Source of the DNA: Eledone cirrhosa
Lineage: Eukaryota
Assembly (NCBI GenBank): GCA_964016885.1
Contig: OZ024747.1
Span: 65,720,001 to 65,784,000 of the forward strand
DNA length: 64,000 bases
Direction of reading: 5' to 3'
Below the pieces are notes generated by a model. It searched no databases. It had not been told where the DNA came from and saw only the letters and a program-made list of their open reading frames with translations. Position 1 is the first letter of the stretch. Each line of letters begins with the position of its first letter. Below are positions 40,165 to 51,847 of this stretch, in pieces. Both the position numbers and the translations under genes were made by a program.

Positions 40165-40295
40165 ACATCAGTATTTCACTGGTACTTTTTTTATCAACTT
40201 CCAAGGGATGAAAGGCAAAATTGACCTCGGCGGGATTTCAACTCAGAGAGCATAGAACAAAAAGGAATACTGCAAAGTATTCTAATAACTCCCAC
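40165..40295 (-). mobile_element. Nin/Deu-domain tRNA SINE fragment
   Basis: ctggtac...ggatgaaaggcaaaattgacctcggcgggatttcaactcag. Confidence 0.65.
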
Positions 40296-40439
40296 CTTAT
40301 ATGACATTTCATATATATATATAACAATTGTATATATGCATGTGTGTATATACAACAAAATGATGAAATTAATTAAATGGAAAATGTTTCCCCAATACAA
40401 AACGTAAAAATAAATTTAACAAAGCTTTTTTTTGAAGAA

Positions 40440-40575
40440 ATTAATTATATTTAATTTTTTTTTTTAAGAAATAAATGAAATTAAACTTTTATTTTTTAAG
40501 AAAAAAATTAAATTGAACTTTTTTTTAAGAAATAAATTAAACAAATTTTATTTTTTAAGAAATAAATTAAATATA
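40440..40575. repeat. ~30-bp AT-rich degenerate tandem repeat (ttttttaagaaataaattaaa core)
   Basis: About four visible units. Confidence 0.65.
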
Positions 40576-40637
40576 AATCAGATTGACCTGCAGCCATTTG
40601 ACTTCCCGTGAGTGATTATGAACACACACCCACTAAT

Positions 40638-41075
40638 ATCATCATCATTTTACGTCCGCTTTTCCCTGCTTGCAAGGGTTGGATGGGTCCTATTCAGCAC
40701 AGCATCTCTCCACTTGTCACGGTTCTTCGTCATCTCCTCGGTGAGATTTGAGGTCTGCTCTCACCACCTCCACCCATGTTTTTCGTGGTCTACCTCTACT
40801 GCGTCTTCCTTCTACTGGGATTTCTTGGCACTTCTTTAGCCGGCGGTCATCCTACATTCGCATCACATGTCCATACTATCTCAGCCTTCTCTCCTGCACA
40901 CCACAACTTATCCCTCTTATACCCAGTTTCTTTCTCAACTCGTCTATGCTTGGTCGTTCACGCACTTTGGCATTGCACATCCAATGGAGCATGCTTGCTT
41001 CATTTCTCTCTAGCTGTCGCATATCTTCTGCAGTTGCTGCCCATGTCTCACTACCATGCAGCATCACGGATATCA
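40638..41075 (-). pseudogene. RTE 3'-end fragment
   Basis: VMLHGSETWAATAEDMRQLERNEASMLHWMC; terminus homologous to 3375-3420. Confidence 0.88.
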
Positions 41076-41552
41076 CACATGTGTGTGTATGTATGTATCT
41101 CTGTGTGTATAATTGTGGGGATGGAGATGGTAGTAGTTGTTTGGGCGGAAATTTCATTGAGATGAAAGAATAGTTTTGCCAGTCAGTGTGGGTATGTGTG
41201 TGTATGTGTAACAACAACACAAACACCGCCACCACTCCCAACAACACCGCCAATCCAAACAACACCAGCAAAAACTAAAACATGATTTATTATTCTGTGA
41301 AGAAATTAAATATTTTGATCAGAACAATGTGAAATATATGTGTGTGTGTGAGTGTATGCATGTATGTGTGTACTTGTATATCGTAATTTCTATGTCTATA
41401 TTTATGAGAAAGTAAGATAGAGAATCAACAGATCATGTATATAAATAGCTATTCAGTTTCATATATACACACCCACCCAAAAATTAAAAGTTAACCCTAT
41501 CAATTCTACAAATTGATGAATCCTGTCTTATCTAAGTGACAATCATATTTCA

Positions 41553-41845
41553 GGGAGAAACTGTTTAACTGGGATAAGTTGTAGCGTGCAGGAGAGAAGA
41601 CTGCGTTGGTATAGACATGTGATGCGCATGGAGGATGACACCTAGGTAAAGAAGTGCCAAGAAATCCCAGTAGAGGAAGACCACGAACAATACGGGCGGA
41701 GCTGGTGTGAGCAGACCTCAAATCTCTAAAGCTCAATGAGGAGATGACGAAGGACCGTGACAAGTGGAGAGATACTGTGTTCAATAGGTTCGTCCCACCC
41801 TTGCAAGCAAGGAAAAGCAGACGTAAAGTGATGAAGATGATGACA
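41553..41845 (+). pseudogene. RTE 3'-end fragment
   Basis: Homologous to 3145-3420; ends gatgaagatgatga. Confidence 0.82.
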
Positions 41846-42789
41846 AGACTTGTTGCAATTTAAACATCAACTAGGTAGATATGTATGCATGTGTGTGCAG
41901 CTATCCATCTATTTGTGTGTGCTTGTGTTCATTTTCACTTATGTGTACATCTGTATATGCTTAGTATTTAGATGCACATCATCTCCAATGTTTCAAATAT
42001 TTTTTATCATACTTACATCGATTATACTTCGAATTACAAATATAGTCGTCTTCTTTCTATTTCTCTAAAGCAAAGCTTCACAACTAATATGAACGTATAG
42101 TCAGGGTCGACCATGTGCAAATGTTTCCTTATTTCTGCATAGAGAGTAATATAGATAAACAAATTATATTATCTTCACCAACAAACACTATATTGTCTCT
42201 CACTTTCAAGGATACGCTTTTGCAATAAAACAACAGGAAATAAAGACAAACTATCTGATTCCCTAATATATAATATTATATTGGTATCTGCTTGGCAGCG
42301 AACTCTAACTGCTGAGCGTCATCTGTTAAGCTTCCGATTCATTGCTTTTCACCGGTACAATCCACAACTACTCTTTCTATGTCTTAAAACGTTGCTGTAA
42401 CTCCCAATGTTTACTCTCGGGGATGATCTTTCTAGGGATTGCATTCTTCACTCTTTTTGCCACATCTTTCCACAGCTTCTTCACATCGGTCATATCTTCA
42501 ATGTTCAATCTGCACAATTTCCACTTCTTTTCACATCTAGGTCTTTTGTGTACATCCCTATCTATTCTGTGACTCAGTTAGTCTTAGTTTCAAGTTCTAA
42601 TATTGTAAAATAATATCTTTCAACATGGGAGACAATATAGCACTTGTTGCTGAAGATAGACTTTTATCATCTATATTATTCTCACTCTCCAGCTTCCAGG
42701 TAACATATCCATGCATAATATTTGTGTGTGTGTCGTAATTTGTCTATATTTGAGAAAAGGATAATGATAAAAAGATATATACAGGGAGG

Positions 42790-43080
42790 AGGAGAGTGAC
42801 TTGGTGGTGGAACAATATGGTAGATGAGGCAGTTAAGGTTAAGAGACAGGCATGGAAAGAATGGAAGAACAGGGCACATTACAAAGAGACCAGGAGGGAA
42901 GCTAGGCGACAAGTATACTTAGCTAGAAGGGAGGCAGAGGATAGGAAATTCAAGCATGTTTTGCAACACGAGGAACAGAAACAGGAGGTGTTCCAGATTA
43001 CGAGGCAGTGTGTCAGAGAGAATTGTGATGTCATTGGAGAGAAGTGTTTCCAGAATGATAAAGGTGAGCTTGCACTCACA
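42790..43080 (+). pseudogene. RTE linker fragment
   Basis: TWWWNNMVDEAVKVKRQAWKEW...REARRQVYLARREAE. Confidence 0.85.
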
Positions 43081-43083
43081 AGT

Positions 43084-44568
43084 GCCCTATCCATATAGGA
43101 GGTAGCTGAGCGGAAGCCAAACAACATAGGCCAGTCTCCCTGACGTCACATATCAGTAAGGTCATGGAGCGAATCGTCAGAAAGAAACTGATCACTTTCC
43201 TCGAGGAAAATGACTGCCTGATTAACACGCAGCATGGCTTTCACCCAGGAAGAAGCTGCCTTACACAGCTGCTACATCATTAAGACTGGGTACTGAAACA
43301 ACTGCTTGACAGCTCACATGTGGACATGATATATCTTGACTTTGCGAAGGCCTTTGACAAAGTCGACCACGGAATGATATGTCATAAACTACACGGACTC
43401 ACCATAACTAGAAAAGTAGGTGAGTGGCTGCACAACTTCTTAAAGGAGAGAAGCCAGACAGTCGCAGCAAACGGGGGCCCTCTCAAAGGAAATATCAATA
43501 ACAAGTGGGGTTCCCCAAGGCTCAGTCCTGGGACCACTACTGTTTTTGGTGGCTCTCTCAGACATACCCTCTGTAGTACATACAACAACATCCCTCACTA
43601 GCTATGCTGATGACACTAAGGTAGCACAGGCAATCAAAAACCCGGCTGACACTGGCCTTTTACAACAAGGGCTGTATGCCATATACAAATGGGCGGAAGA
43701 CAACAACATGCAGTTTAATGCTGGCAAATTCCAAGCGCTATGCAATTCCTGCAAACACAAATACAGTACAACACAGTTACACCGGACCAGGAGGGACCGA
43801 TATCCCTGGGTAAAAATCGATATGAGACCTGGGTATAGACATGAGCGATGATGCATCTTTTTCCTCTCACATCATGAAAGTGGCGACACTGTGCAGACGA
43901 CTCGCTGGCTGGATCTTGAAGACTTTCCGGACAAGAGACCGAGACACCATGTTGACACTATGGAGGACATTTGTCCTAAGCCGCCTGGACTATTGCTCCC
44001 AGTTGTGGTCACCCCATAGTGTCATACTAACCACGGAGCTTGAGGCAATCCAGAGCTACACCAAGAGGATTGCGACTATGAAGGAGATAAGCTACTGGGT
44101 GAGGCTAAAAGAACTGAACCTCTACTCCTTGGAACGAAGACGGGAGAGATACGCAGTGATCTACATGTGGAAAATCCTGGAGGGACTAGCACCAAACTTT
44201 GGCATTGGGAGCTGGACCAACCGCCGAACAGGACGTCATTGTGTGGTGCCAAAGATCCCGTCTTCCATATCTAGAATAAGGAGCAGATATTGCAAAAGTC
44301 TGGGGTTCAAGGACCCTCAACTCTTCAACAAGCTGCCAAGGGATCTGAGAGATCTGCATCGTGTGGATTTCTTCAAGAAACATCTCGACACCTTGCTATC
44401 CAGGATCACAGATGAGCCCACAGCAAAGCACGAGGGAAACCTAAGGGCAGCAGCAATGAACTCCCTGTTACACCAGTGGCCAACCAATACAGGCTGGAGA
44501 TTAAATGTGTAGCAACAAGGGCGGTGCCCCAGCATGGCCTCAGCCAGATGGCTGGAACAGGTAAAAGA

Positions 44569-44570
<2 letters not shown>
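43084..44570 (+). pseudogene. CR1-group LINE, 5'-truncated RT
   Basis: RPVSLTSHISKVMERIV, QHGF, YLDFAKAFDKVDH, GVPQGSVLGP, YADDTK, SRLDYCSQLWSP, LYSLERRRER. Confidence 0.9.
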
Positions 44571-44603
<33 letters not shown>

Positions 44604-44605
<2 letters not shown>

Positions 44606-44975
44606 AAGTGTTAAAAGGATCAAATTTTAGTTTAGAACATTTATTTGCTGACAATTGTTTCTTCCAGAAACATGTTACTAAAATCCTATCATTCAGAACA
44701 TTTAAGATACATAATTGTTATTAGTGTCAAAGGCATCATGTGGAGAATCAGGAGTTAAAAAGATGTTCTGCTTGAAAGAACACAATTACAGGCAGCACTG
44801 GTTGGAAGTGTAATGGGTATAAGTAAAAAGCACAAGCAAAAAAATCACAGGCATAAAAGTTATAAGCAATGTTTCAACATTCCTTATGCTCCGATGATTC
44901 CAGACTTACCTCTGGAAGAAACAATTGTTAGCAAATAAATGTTCTAAACTAAAATTTGATCATTTTAACACTTTG
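44604..44975. mobile_element. 372-bp MITE, Tc1/mariner-like, with ~64-bp TIRs and TA flanks
   Basis: caaagtgttaaaaggatcaaattttagtttagaacatttatttgctgacaattgtttcttccag matches the reverse complement of 44912-44975 with 2 mismatches; TA on both sides. Confidence 0.9.
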
Positions 44976-45049
44976 TATCTCGGCTCTGTAAAACACTTGA
45001 AAACTTGCATTGAGCCTTTTGTCATACCGGTAACCTTCCAGATTATTAT

Positions 45050-45654
45050 ATGGAAGGTCATCTTCAGAGGCTAAGAGAAAGAAAATACAGCGATCTGAAG
45101 AAAGTGAAGAAGTTCGGCATGCCCGTCTAGCTGCTAACAGAGCCCAAACAGCTTTAGCAAGAGCACACAGTTTGGATGAAAGGGAACAAAGGACTGCTGC
45201 TACTCGAGAACAACAAATTAAGGAACAGCAGCAAATCAGACTAAATGCTAATCAAGCACATCGTTCTACTGCCTGAGCAGGAGAACAAGCCACAAGTAGA
45301 ATAAACTGGCTGATGGGGGCTTTTTCTGATGACCCCCAAAAGGACTACAGCAGTAATCCACAAAAGAACATTGGGAAAATGAACAAATGCTGCCAGTATT
45401 GTGGTGCCAAGAAGTGGGCAGCAGAAACGCCAAGTCTATGCTGCTCAAAAGGCAAAGTGGGCCTTAAAACAATACAAGAACCTCCTGAATTTCTGAAGAA
45501 TCTGCTCCTTCAGCATACACCAGAAGCACGACACTTCAATAAATACATCATAAAATATAATTCTGCCTTTCAAATGACATCTTTTGAGGCTGACAGGAAT
45601 GTGACTGACTTTAGATTCTGTACAACTTATAAAATTCAGGGACAGTCTTACCAC
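45050..45654 (+). pseudogene. Helitron RepHel N-terminal fragment
   Basis: EESEEVRHARLAA, CQYCGAKKWAAETPSLCCSKGKV, YNSAFQMTSF, YKIQGQSYH; homologous to 60240-60510. Confidence 0.88.
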
Positions 45655-47715
45655 TTAATTCTAACCTTGCTGACTGTTTCTTTATACATGGCTTGTACAG
45701 CTCTCACAAGCCATTCATCAACACCTAGTTTTCTAAGGGCCCACCAGATAATCGAGCGGGGTACTCTGTCAAAGGCTTTCTCCAAGTCAACAAAAGCTAA
45801 GTATAGGGGTTTACTTTTAGCTAGGTACTTCTCCTGTAGATGTTGTACAATGAAAAGAGCGTCTGTTGTACTTTTACCTGACACAAACCCGAACTGCATT
45901 TCGTCTAGATCAATTCGCTCTCTGATTAGTTGCGCTATTACTTTTTCTGTGACCTTCATGACCTGGTCAATTAATTTAATGCCTCTATAGTTTCCCCTAT
46001 CTAGGGCATCACCTTTACCCTTGTAGCAGTTAATGATGATGCTGCTGTGCCAGTCCTTCGGAACGACCCCATTCTGTATGACTTGGTTTACTATCCGGGT
46101 GACCATAGTGTGTCCCACCGTTCCAGATGCTTTCAGCATTTCGGCAACTATTTCCGAAGGCCCGGACGCCTTGCCCGTCTTCATGTCTTTGATCACCTTA
46201 CTTATTATACTACCTTCAACTTTCACTGCTGGTCCCTCTATTGGGTCGATGTGGGGGAGACTGTCTTTCTCCCAATTATTCTCCTCATTTAGTAGCCTTT
46301 CGTAGTGACACTTCCAAGCTACCTTCTTATCAGCGTCAGTGATGGCAAGTACACCATCATCATTTAGGACACACTTCTCCCCGACAATATCACTGCTTTC
46401 CTTGACACATTGCCTAGCAATCCTGAACACCTCACGTTTTTGGTCCTCGCGTTGTAGAACATGCTTGAACTTTCTTTCCTCTGCTTCCCTTCTTGCTAAG
46501 TACACTTGTCTCCTAGCTTCCCTCCTGGCCACTTGATAGTCTTCTCTACTTCCCCCATCCCGCCATGCTTTCCAAGCCTGCTTTTTGGCCTTGATTGACC
46601 TCTCCACATTACTGTTCCACCACCAAGTTACTCTCCTCCTGTCTAGAGGCCTGCTCCAGCCACAGGTTTCATCTGTCGCCTTCAACAGGTTAGCTTTCAG
46701 GAATTCCCACTCTTCCTCTATATTGTACGACTCTAATTGCTCTTCCTTACTATCAAAAGCATCAAGTAATATTTTTAAATTTATGACTGGCTGTGGGGTC
46801 CTTTAATTTCCATATTTTACTCCTGAGGATAGTCCTCTTCTGTTGTCGAATACGTCTCGTCCTGACTATGAGGTCGCTAATTATGAGTCTATGTTGAGAC
46901 GTGCATTCTTCATGGGGGAGGGATTTAGTGTTTACAACAGACACTCTGACACGTCTCCTGGTAAGGATATAATCTACCTGGCTTGTGTGTTCCCCCGATC
47001 TATAGGTGATCAAGTGATTGTCTCGTTTTTTGAAGTTAGTGTTACAGATAGCTAAGTTATTTGCGTCACAGAATTCCAGGATTCTGGAGCCTTCCTCATT
47101 TCTAGTACCAAACCCATAGCCTCCATGGATTCCGTCATAGCCGTCACAATGTTGTCCAACGTGACCATTTAGGTCGCCAGCAATAATTATATAGTCACTG
47201 TCGGTTATTTGGGAGGTAGTGTGCATCAGTGTCTCATAGAATCTGTCTTTTATAGTGCTGGGCAGTCCGGATTGGCGTGCGTACGCAGATATTACTGTCA
47301 CCGTAGTTCTATTGAGGACAAGTCTTATTTTAATTATTCTGTCGTTCACTCTATTTACGTCTATTATCTTATCTGCTACCATGATTCCTACTCCACCCAG
47401 CCCTTTGTCATTTCCCACCCAGAAAAGCTTATAGCATCGTTCTTTACCCACGATGAATCTAGCAGACCCACCCCTCCACCTGGTCTCTTGAATACAACAA
47501 ACATCGACCTCCTTATGTTCAAGCATTTCTACAACCTCGTTAGAGCGACCCTTTAAGGTGCCTACATTCATGGTACCAACTCTGAAGTTTTGGATTGCGT
47601 TTGGAGGGTGGGAGCGGTGGGGCGCAGGTGGGGGGGGGGGTATATGTTAGCCATCCGCGGCCGAAACAAAGAGGAGGAGCCCTTGCATTCTCCTCCATGA
47701 GGTGGATTTGTCTTT
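45655..47715 (-). pseudogene. RTE 5' half (APE + RT N-terminus), diverged paralog of the array-2 RTE
   Basis: ORFs 46762..47571 and 45648..46685. Confidence 0.93.
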
Positions 47716-48135
47716 ATGTATATATATGTATATATGTATGTATGTGTATGTATGTATGTATATGTATATATGAGTGTATATGTATATATGTATGTATATG
47801 TATATATGAGTGTATATGTATATATGTATGTATATGTATGTGTATGTATGTGTATATATGTGTGTATGTATATATGTGTGTGTATGTATATATGTGTGTG
47901 TATGTATATATGTGTGTGTATGTATATGTATGTATGTGTATGTGTATATGTATATATGTATGTATATGTGTGTATGTATGTATATATGTATGTATGTGTA
48001 TATATGTATGTATATATGTATGTATGTATATGTATATATACGTGTGTATATGTATATAGACTTATGTGTATATGCTTATATATGTGTATGTATATGTATA
48101 TTATGTATATATATATATATGTATGTATGTGTATG

Positions 48136-48557
48136 TTTTCTCTTTCTCTTAATTTTGAGTATATTTTTTTGACCGGCCACCTTCCTGGTGGCAAGGTTGT
48201 AAAAGAAAAGAAATTGTCATCCCTTGAATCGCAAGAATGTTTTGGAAATTTTGAAGGTGCTAACTATCGCAGCCACTTGTAGACTATGAATTAGGGAGCT
48301 GCGCTCTTTGTCAGCAAATCCAAGTTCAGTCATACTTTGGTCCAAGCGGGTTGGTATATAACCCGTAGCTCCAATAATGATGGGTATGAAGCTAAAGGTG
48401 TATCTTGGATACTGGATTTGTAAACTCCTCATCAATGGTCCGTAGATGTCCTCCTTCTCCTGTATTTTTCTGACAACGTTTACATCAAGTGGGCAGCTGA
48501 TCTCCACAACAGAACACGTTTTCAATGTGTGGTTCCAAACTACAATATCAGGCCGGT
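48136..48557 (-). pseudogene. R4/Dong-like non-LTR retrotransposon 3' fragment (restriction-like endonuclease)
   Basis: NRPDIVVWN...VVEISCPLD...EKEDIY...IPIIIGATG. Confidence 0.78.
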
Positions 48558-48674
48558 TGTATGTATATGTATATATATGTATATATATGTATGTATATGT
48601 GTATGTATGTATGTGTATATATGTATGTATGTATATATATATATATATGTATGTATATGTATGTGTATGTATAT

Positions 48675-49016
48675 GGAGGCACATGGCTTAGTGGTTAGAG
48701 CATTGGCCTGGCAATCGAAAGGTTGTGAGTTCAATTCTCAGACCGGGTGATGTGTTGTTTCCTTGAGCAAGACACTTTATTTCACATTGCTCCAGTTTAC
48801 TCAGCTGTAGAAATGAGATGATAGGGACTGGGGTCCATATCATTCCACTGCAAAGTGGTCGTGGAGGTGCCACGGCAAAAAAGCACCCAGCACTCACTGT
48901 AAATGAGGTTGGTGTTAGGAAGGGCATCCAGCTGTAGAAATCAAGCCAGAATCAGTTCCCGTCCCACCCTTGCAAGCAGGGAAAAAGCGGACTTAAAGCG
49001 AAATGATGATGATGAT
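48675..49016 (+). mobile_element. CORE-type SINE, diverged paralog of 24975-25303
   Basis: A box tggcttagtgg, B box gagttcaattc, same body and (gat)n tail. Confidence 0.88.
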
Positions 49017-49065
49017 ATATGTATCTGTATATGTATGTATGTATCTATGTATATGTATGTATGTG

Positions 49066-49203
49066 TATGAGATGCAGTTTGCTTTTGTGCCTCTGAAAAG
49101 TACAACAGATGCCCTCTTCTTAGTGAGACAACTACAAGAGAGGTTCTTAGAGACAAATAAGCCACTATACTTAGCTTTGGACATAGAGAAGGCTTTTGAT
49201 AGA
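49066..49203 (+). pseudogene. Small RTE RT fragment
   Basis: EMQFAFVPLKSTTDALFLVRQLQERFLE...DIEKAFDR. Confidence 0.82.
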
Positions 49204-49299
49204 GAACTCTTATACATGTCAACATATATATATATGTGTGTGTATATATATGTTTTTTTTAAAACTATATATTTATTACTCCCTTAAGCAGAAGAAATA

Positions 49300-49590
49300 T
49301 ATTCCCAGATATCGAATATTACCACAATAACTAGGGAGCGGAAGTCAATAGATGCTGGACATTGCTGCTGAGGGTAGGATGACCTGATGAGCTGGCTCCT
49401 GTGGTGGATACCTAAACATAGTAAGGCCCAAGTGGGATGACTGAGGTTCACCTACATACATCAGATGTCTCTGGATCTCCAGCTGGAGATTAATGATCTC
49501 AGGAATGCCATGAAAAATCGTGACATCTAAAAAAGAAGAGTAGAATTGTTCTGGCAAATCCACCTGACCTAATAAACAATAATAATATTA
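49300..49590 (+). pseudogene. Old RTE-group LINE 3' fragment with TAA-like tail
   Basis: AGHC, PKH, FTYI, LEINDLRNAMKNRD remnants. Confidence 0.5.
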
Positions 49591-49699
49591 ATATATATTG
49601 ATGAAAATTAATTATGGTGAAATATCTTAGAAATCATTCTCAGAGGTTTTGTATTGTAATCCACACTTGCTCCTTGTGGCTTCTGATGCAGACATCATG

Positions 49700-51703
49700 T
49701 CCGCCATCAGGTCCTTCCCAGCTAGCAGCTGCGGAGATGTTGATGGTCTCTGACCAGGCCTCCTCAAGGAGTTGATATCTCCCCTCTCCGCTGAGGCCGG
49801 GCGCCGCCTTCTGAGTGCAATTGTGGTGCTCACCAATTGGCTCATCCATGGCGCCCTGGACTCTTATGCTCGAGGCCTCTTTTTTTCGGCCAGCCTCACC
49901 GCTCTCAGGAAGAAAGAGGGTGGCATACGCCCCATTGCTGTGGGCAATGTCTTCCGGAGGCTGGCTGCCAAGGTGATCTGCAAGTCCGTAACACTCGGAA
50001 CCGGCATCCAGGGACTCCAGCCACCTCAGTGTCAAGTTTGACATGAGGAATGCCTTCAACTCTTTACGCTGGGATCATCTGCTCGAGGCCTGCCTCAGCC
50101 GAGCCCCCTCTGCCTACCTGTCATATGGAGCCCCGAGCATGCGCCTTGCTGCTGATACGGTCATACCCTCGGCTACTGGGATCCAACAGGGCAACCCTTT
50201 GGGACCCCTCCTGTTCACTCTTGGTATTGACCACATCGCCCGGAGTATAACGGCCCCTCTCAACGTTTGGTATCTGGATGATGCTACTTTGGGTGGGCCC
50301 GTACAGACGGTCTGCCATGACCTTCAATCGGTGGTTCCTGCCCTGGCGGGAATCGAGCTCCAGGTCAACTCAGCCAAGTCGGAGGTGGTGAATGTCAGCC
50401 TCGATGCTGCAAGCTTTGCAGTCTCCGTCTTGGACGTGCGGTCCATTCTCCGCCAGGTTCAGGTGACCCCCAAAGAGGATGCCCTCACCGATCCACCCGC
50501 CGGCCATCCGCTCCACCATCAGGTCCAGGCTTCAAAAGCTCCAGACTCTCACGAGCCGACTGGGCTTGATTGATGGCCACCCAGTTCTCTTTCTGCTGAG
50601 GAACTGCTACGCCATGCCGAAGCTCCTCTATACACTCTGTGCTACACCCAGACATCTCTCCTCGCTGAGCTCAATACTTGTATCCGAGCAGCAGCCGATG
50701 AGATATGCAACTTTACCTGTCAGGTATGGCGGCCTTCGCCTCCAGTCCCTGATCTCACTAGCTTTGCCGGCGTATCTTTCGTCGGTAACCCCGTGCCACG
50801 TCCTCGTCAGCAGGGTTCTTCAAAACACAACAGAACCCTCTGTGTTCAGAGAACGCGTGGCCGCCTGTGAGACGTGGGACCGGCTGGGACTTAGCCCAGT
50901 AGACGTCCCTCCTCCTTCTCCCCCTGTTGACGTCAAGTTCCCCCAACACACTTGGGATGCCATCCAGTGCAGCCTGGCCTCAGACAGGCTCACGCGCCAG
51001 CTCGACCAGCACCGCCTTGTTTGTTTTCGTGCGGCCTCCAAACCCCACAGTGGTGCCTGGCTCCATGCCCTGCCCTCCTTCTCCACTCGCACGCAGCTAG
51101 ACATCCATAGCTTGCGCATCGGCGTTTCCCTGAGGCTCGGCCTCACACCAATGTTGCTGCGGTTCCACCATGGACTCTTTCGGCCTCCACCCGCTCTCCT
51201 GTCGCCACAGTGCCAGCCGCAATCCACGCCATGCTGCCCTCAACGAAGTCATTAAGCATGGCTTGGACGCTGCAGGCTTCCCTTCCCAGCTCGAGGGGAC
51301 GGCAAAAGGCCAGATGGCATGACCATCTTCCCGTTCCGCGGTGGCAAACCCCCTCATCTGGGATACCACTTGCACCGACACTTTCTGCAGCCGCAACCTG
51401 GTGCAGTCTGCGACTGGCCCAGGTTCTGCTGCACGTCAGGCTGAGGGGGCCAAACTCCTCACATATCGGTCGCTCTCCGACAGGTTTGCGGTCGTACCCC
51501 TGGAAGTGGAGACTTCTGGTGTCCTCGGCCCCAGGGCTACCTCCTTACTCACCACCATAGGCGCTGAGCTGGCCAGCCGCAGGTGTGAGCCCCGCGAGTT
51601 GGAGTGGCTTTTCCAGCGCGTCTCCCTTGCCGTGCTCCGGGGAAACGCCTTCTCCATTATGTCCGCCGGGGCTGTGGGTGGGCCCCATCGCGTACCGTTA
51701 TAG
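49700..51703 (+). pseudogene. CRE-clade non-LTR retrotransposon (RT + RLE), 5'-truncated and frameshifted
   Basis: ALRKKEGGIRPIAVGNVFRRLAAK, DMRNAFNSL, GIQQGNPLGPLLF, WYLDD, LPVRYGGL, SGAWLHALP, KRPDG, LIWDTTC, PLEVETSG, LFQRVSLAVLRGNA. Confidence 0.9.
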
Positions 51704-51847
51704 TGTTTGTAGAAGAAACAGGGAGACAACAACTGGAATATATACAAAACAACTAAATCTCTTAAATAACTTCACTTATATCCAAAATATGATTTGTATA
51801 TACATCAACCGTGACTCATTATTATACGCCAGTCACAACCCCACTAC

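Noticed and set aside
41960-42700. Possible old LINE or host coding sequence on the minus strand
   Set aside because: No diagnostic motif recognised; many stops; left unassigned
45313-45990. 225-aa ORF as a Helitron fusion protein
   Set aside because: Second half is the antisense strand of the RTE RT
49380-49440. Hammerhead ribozyme core CTGATGAG
   Set aside because: No stem II followed by GAAA; lies in a LINE coding remnant
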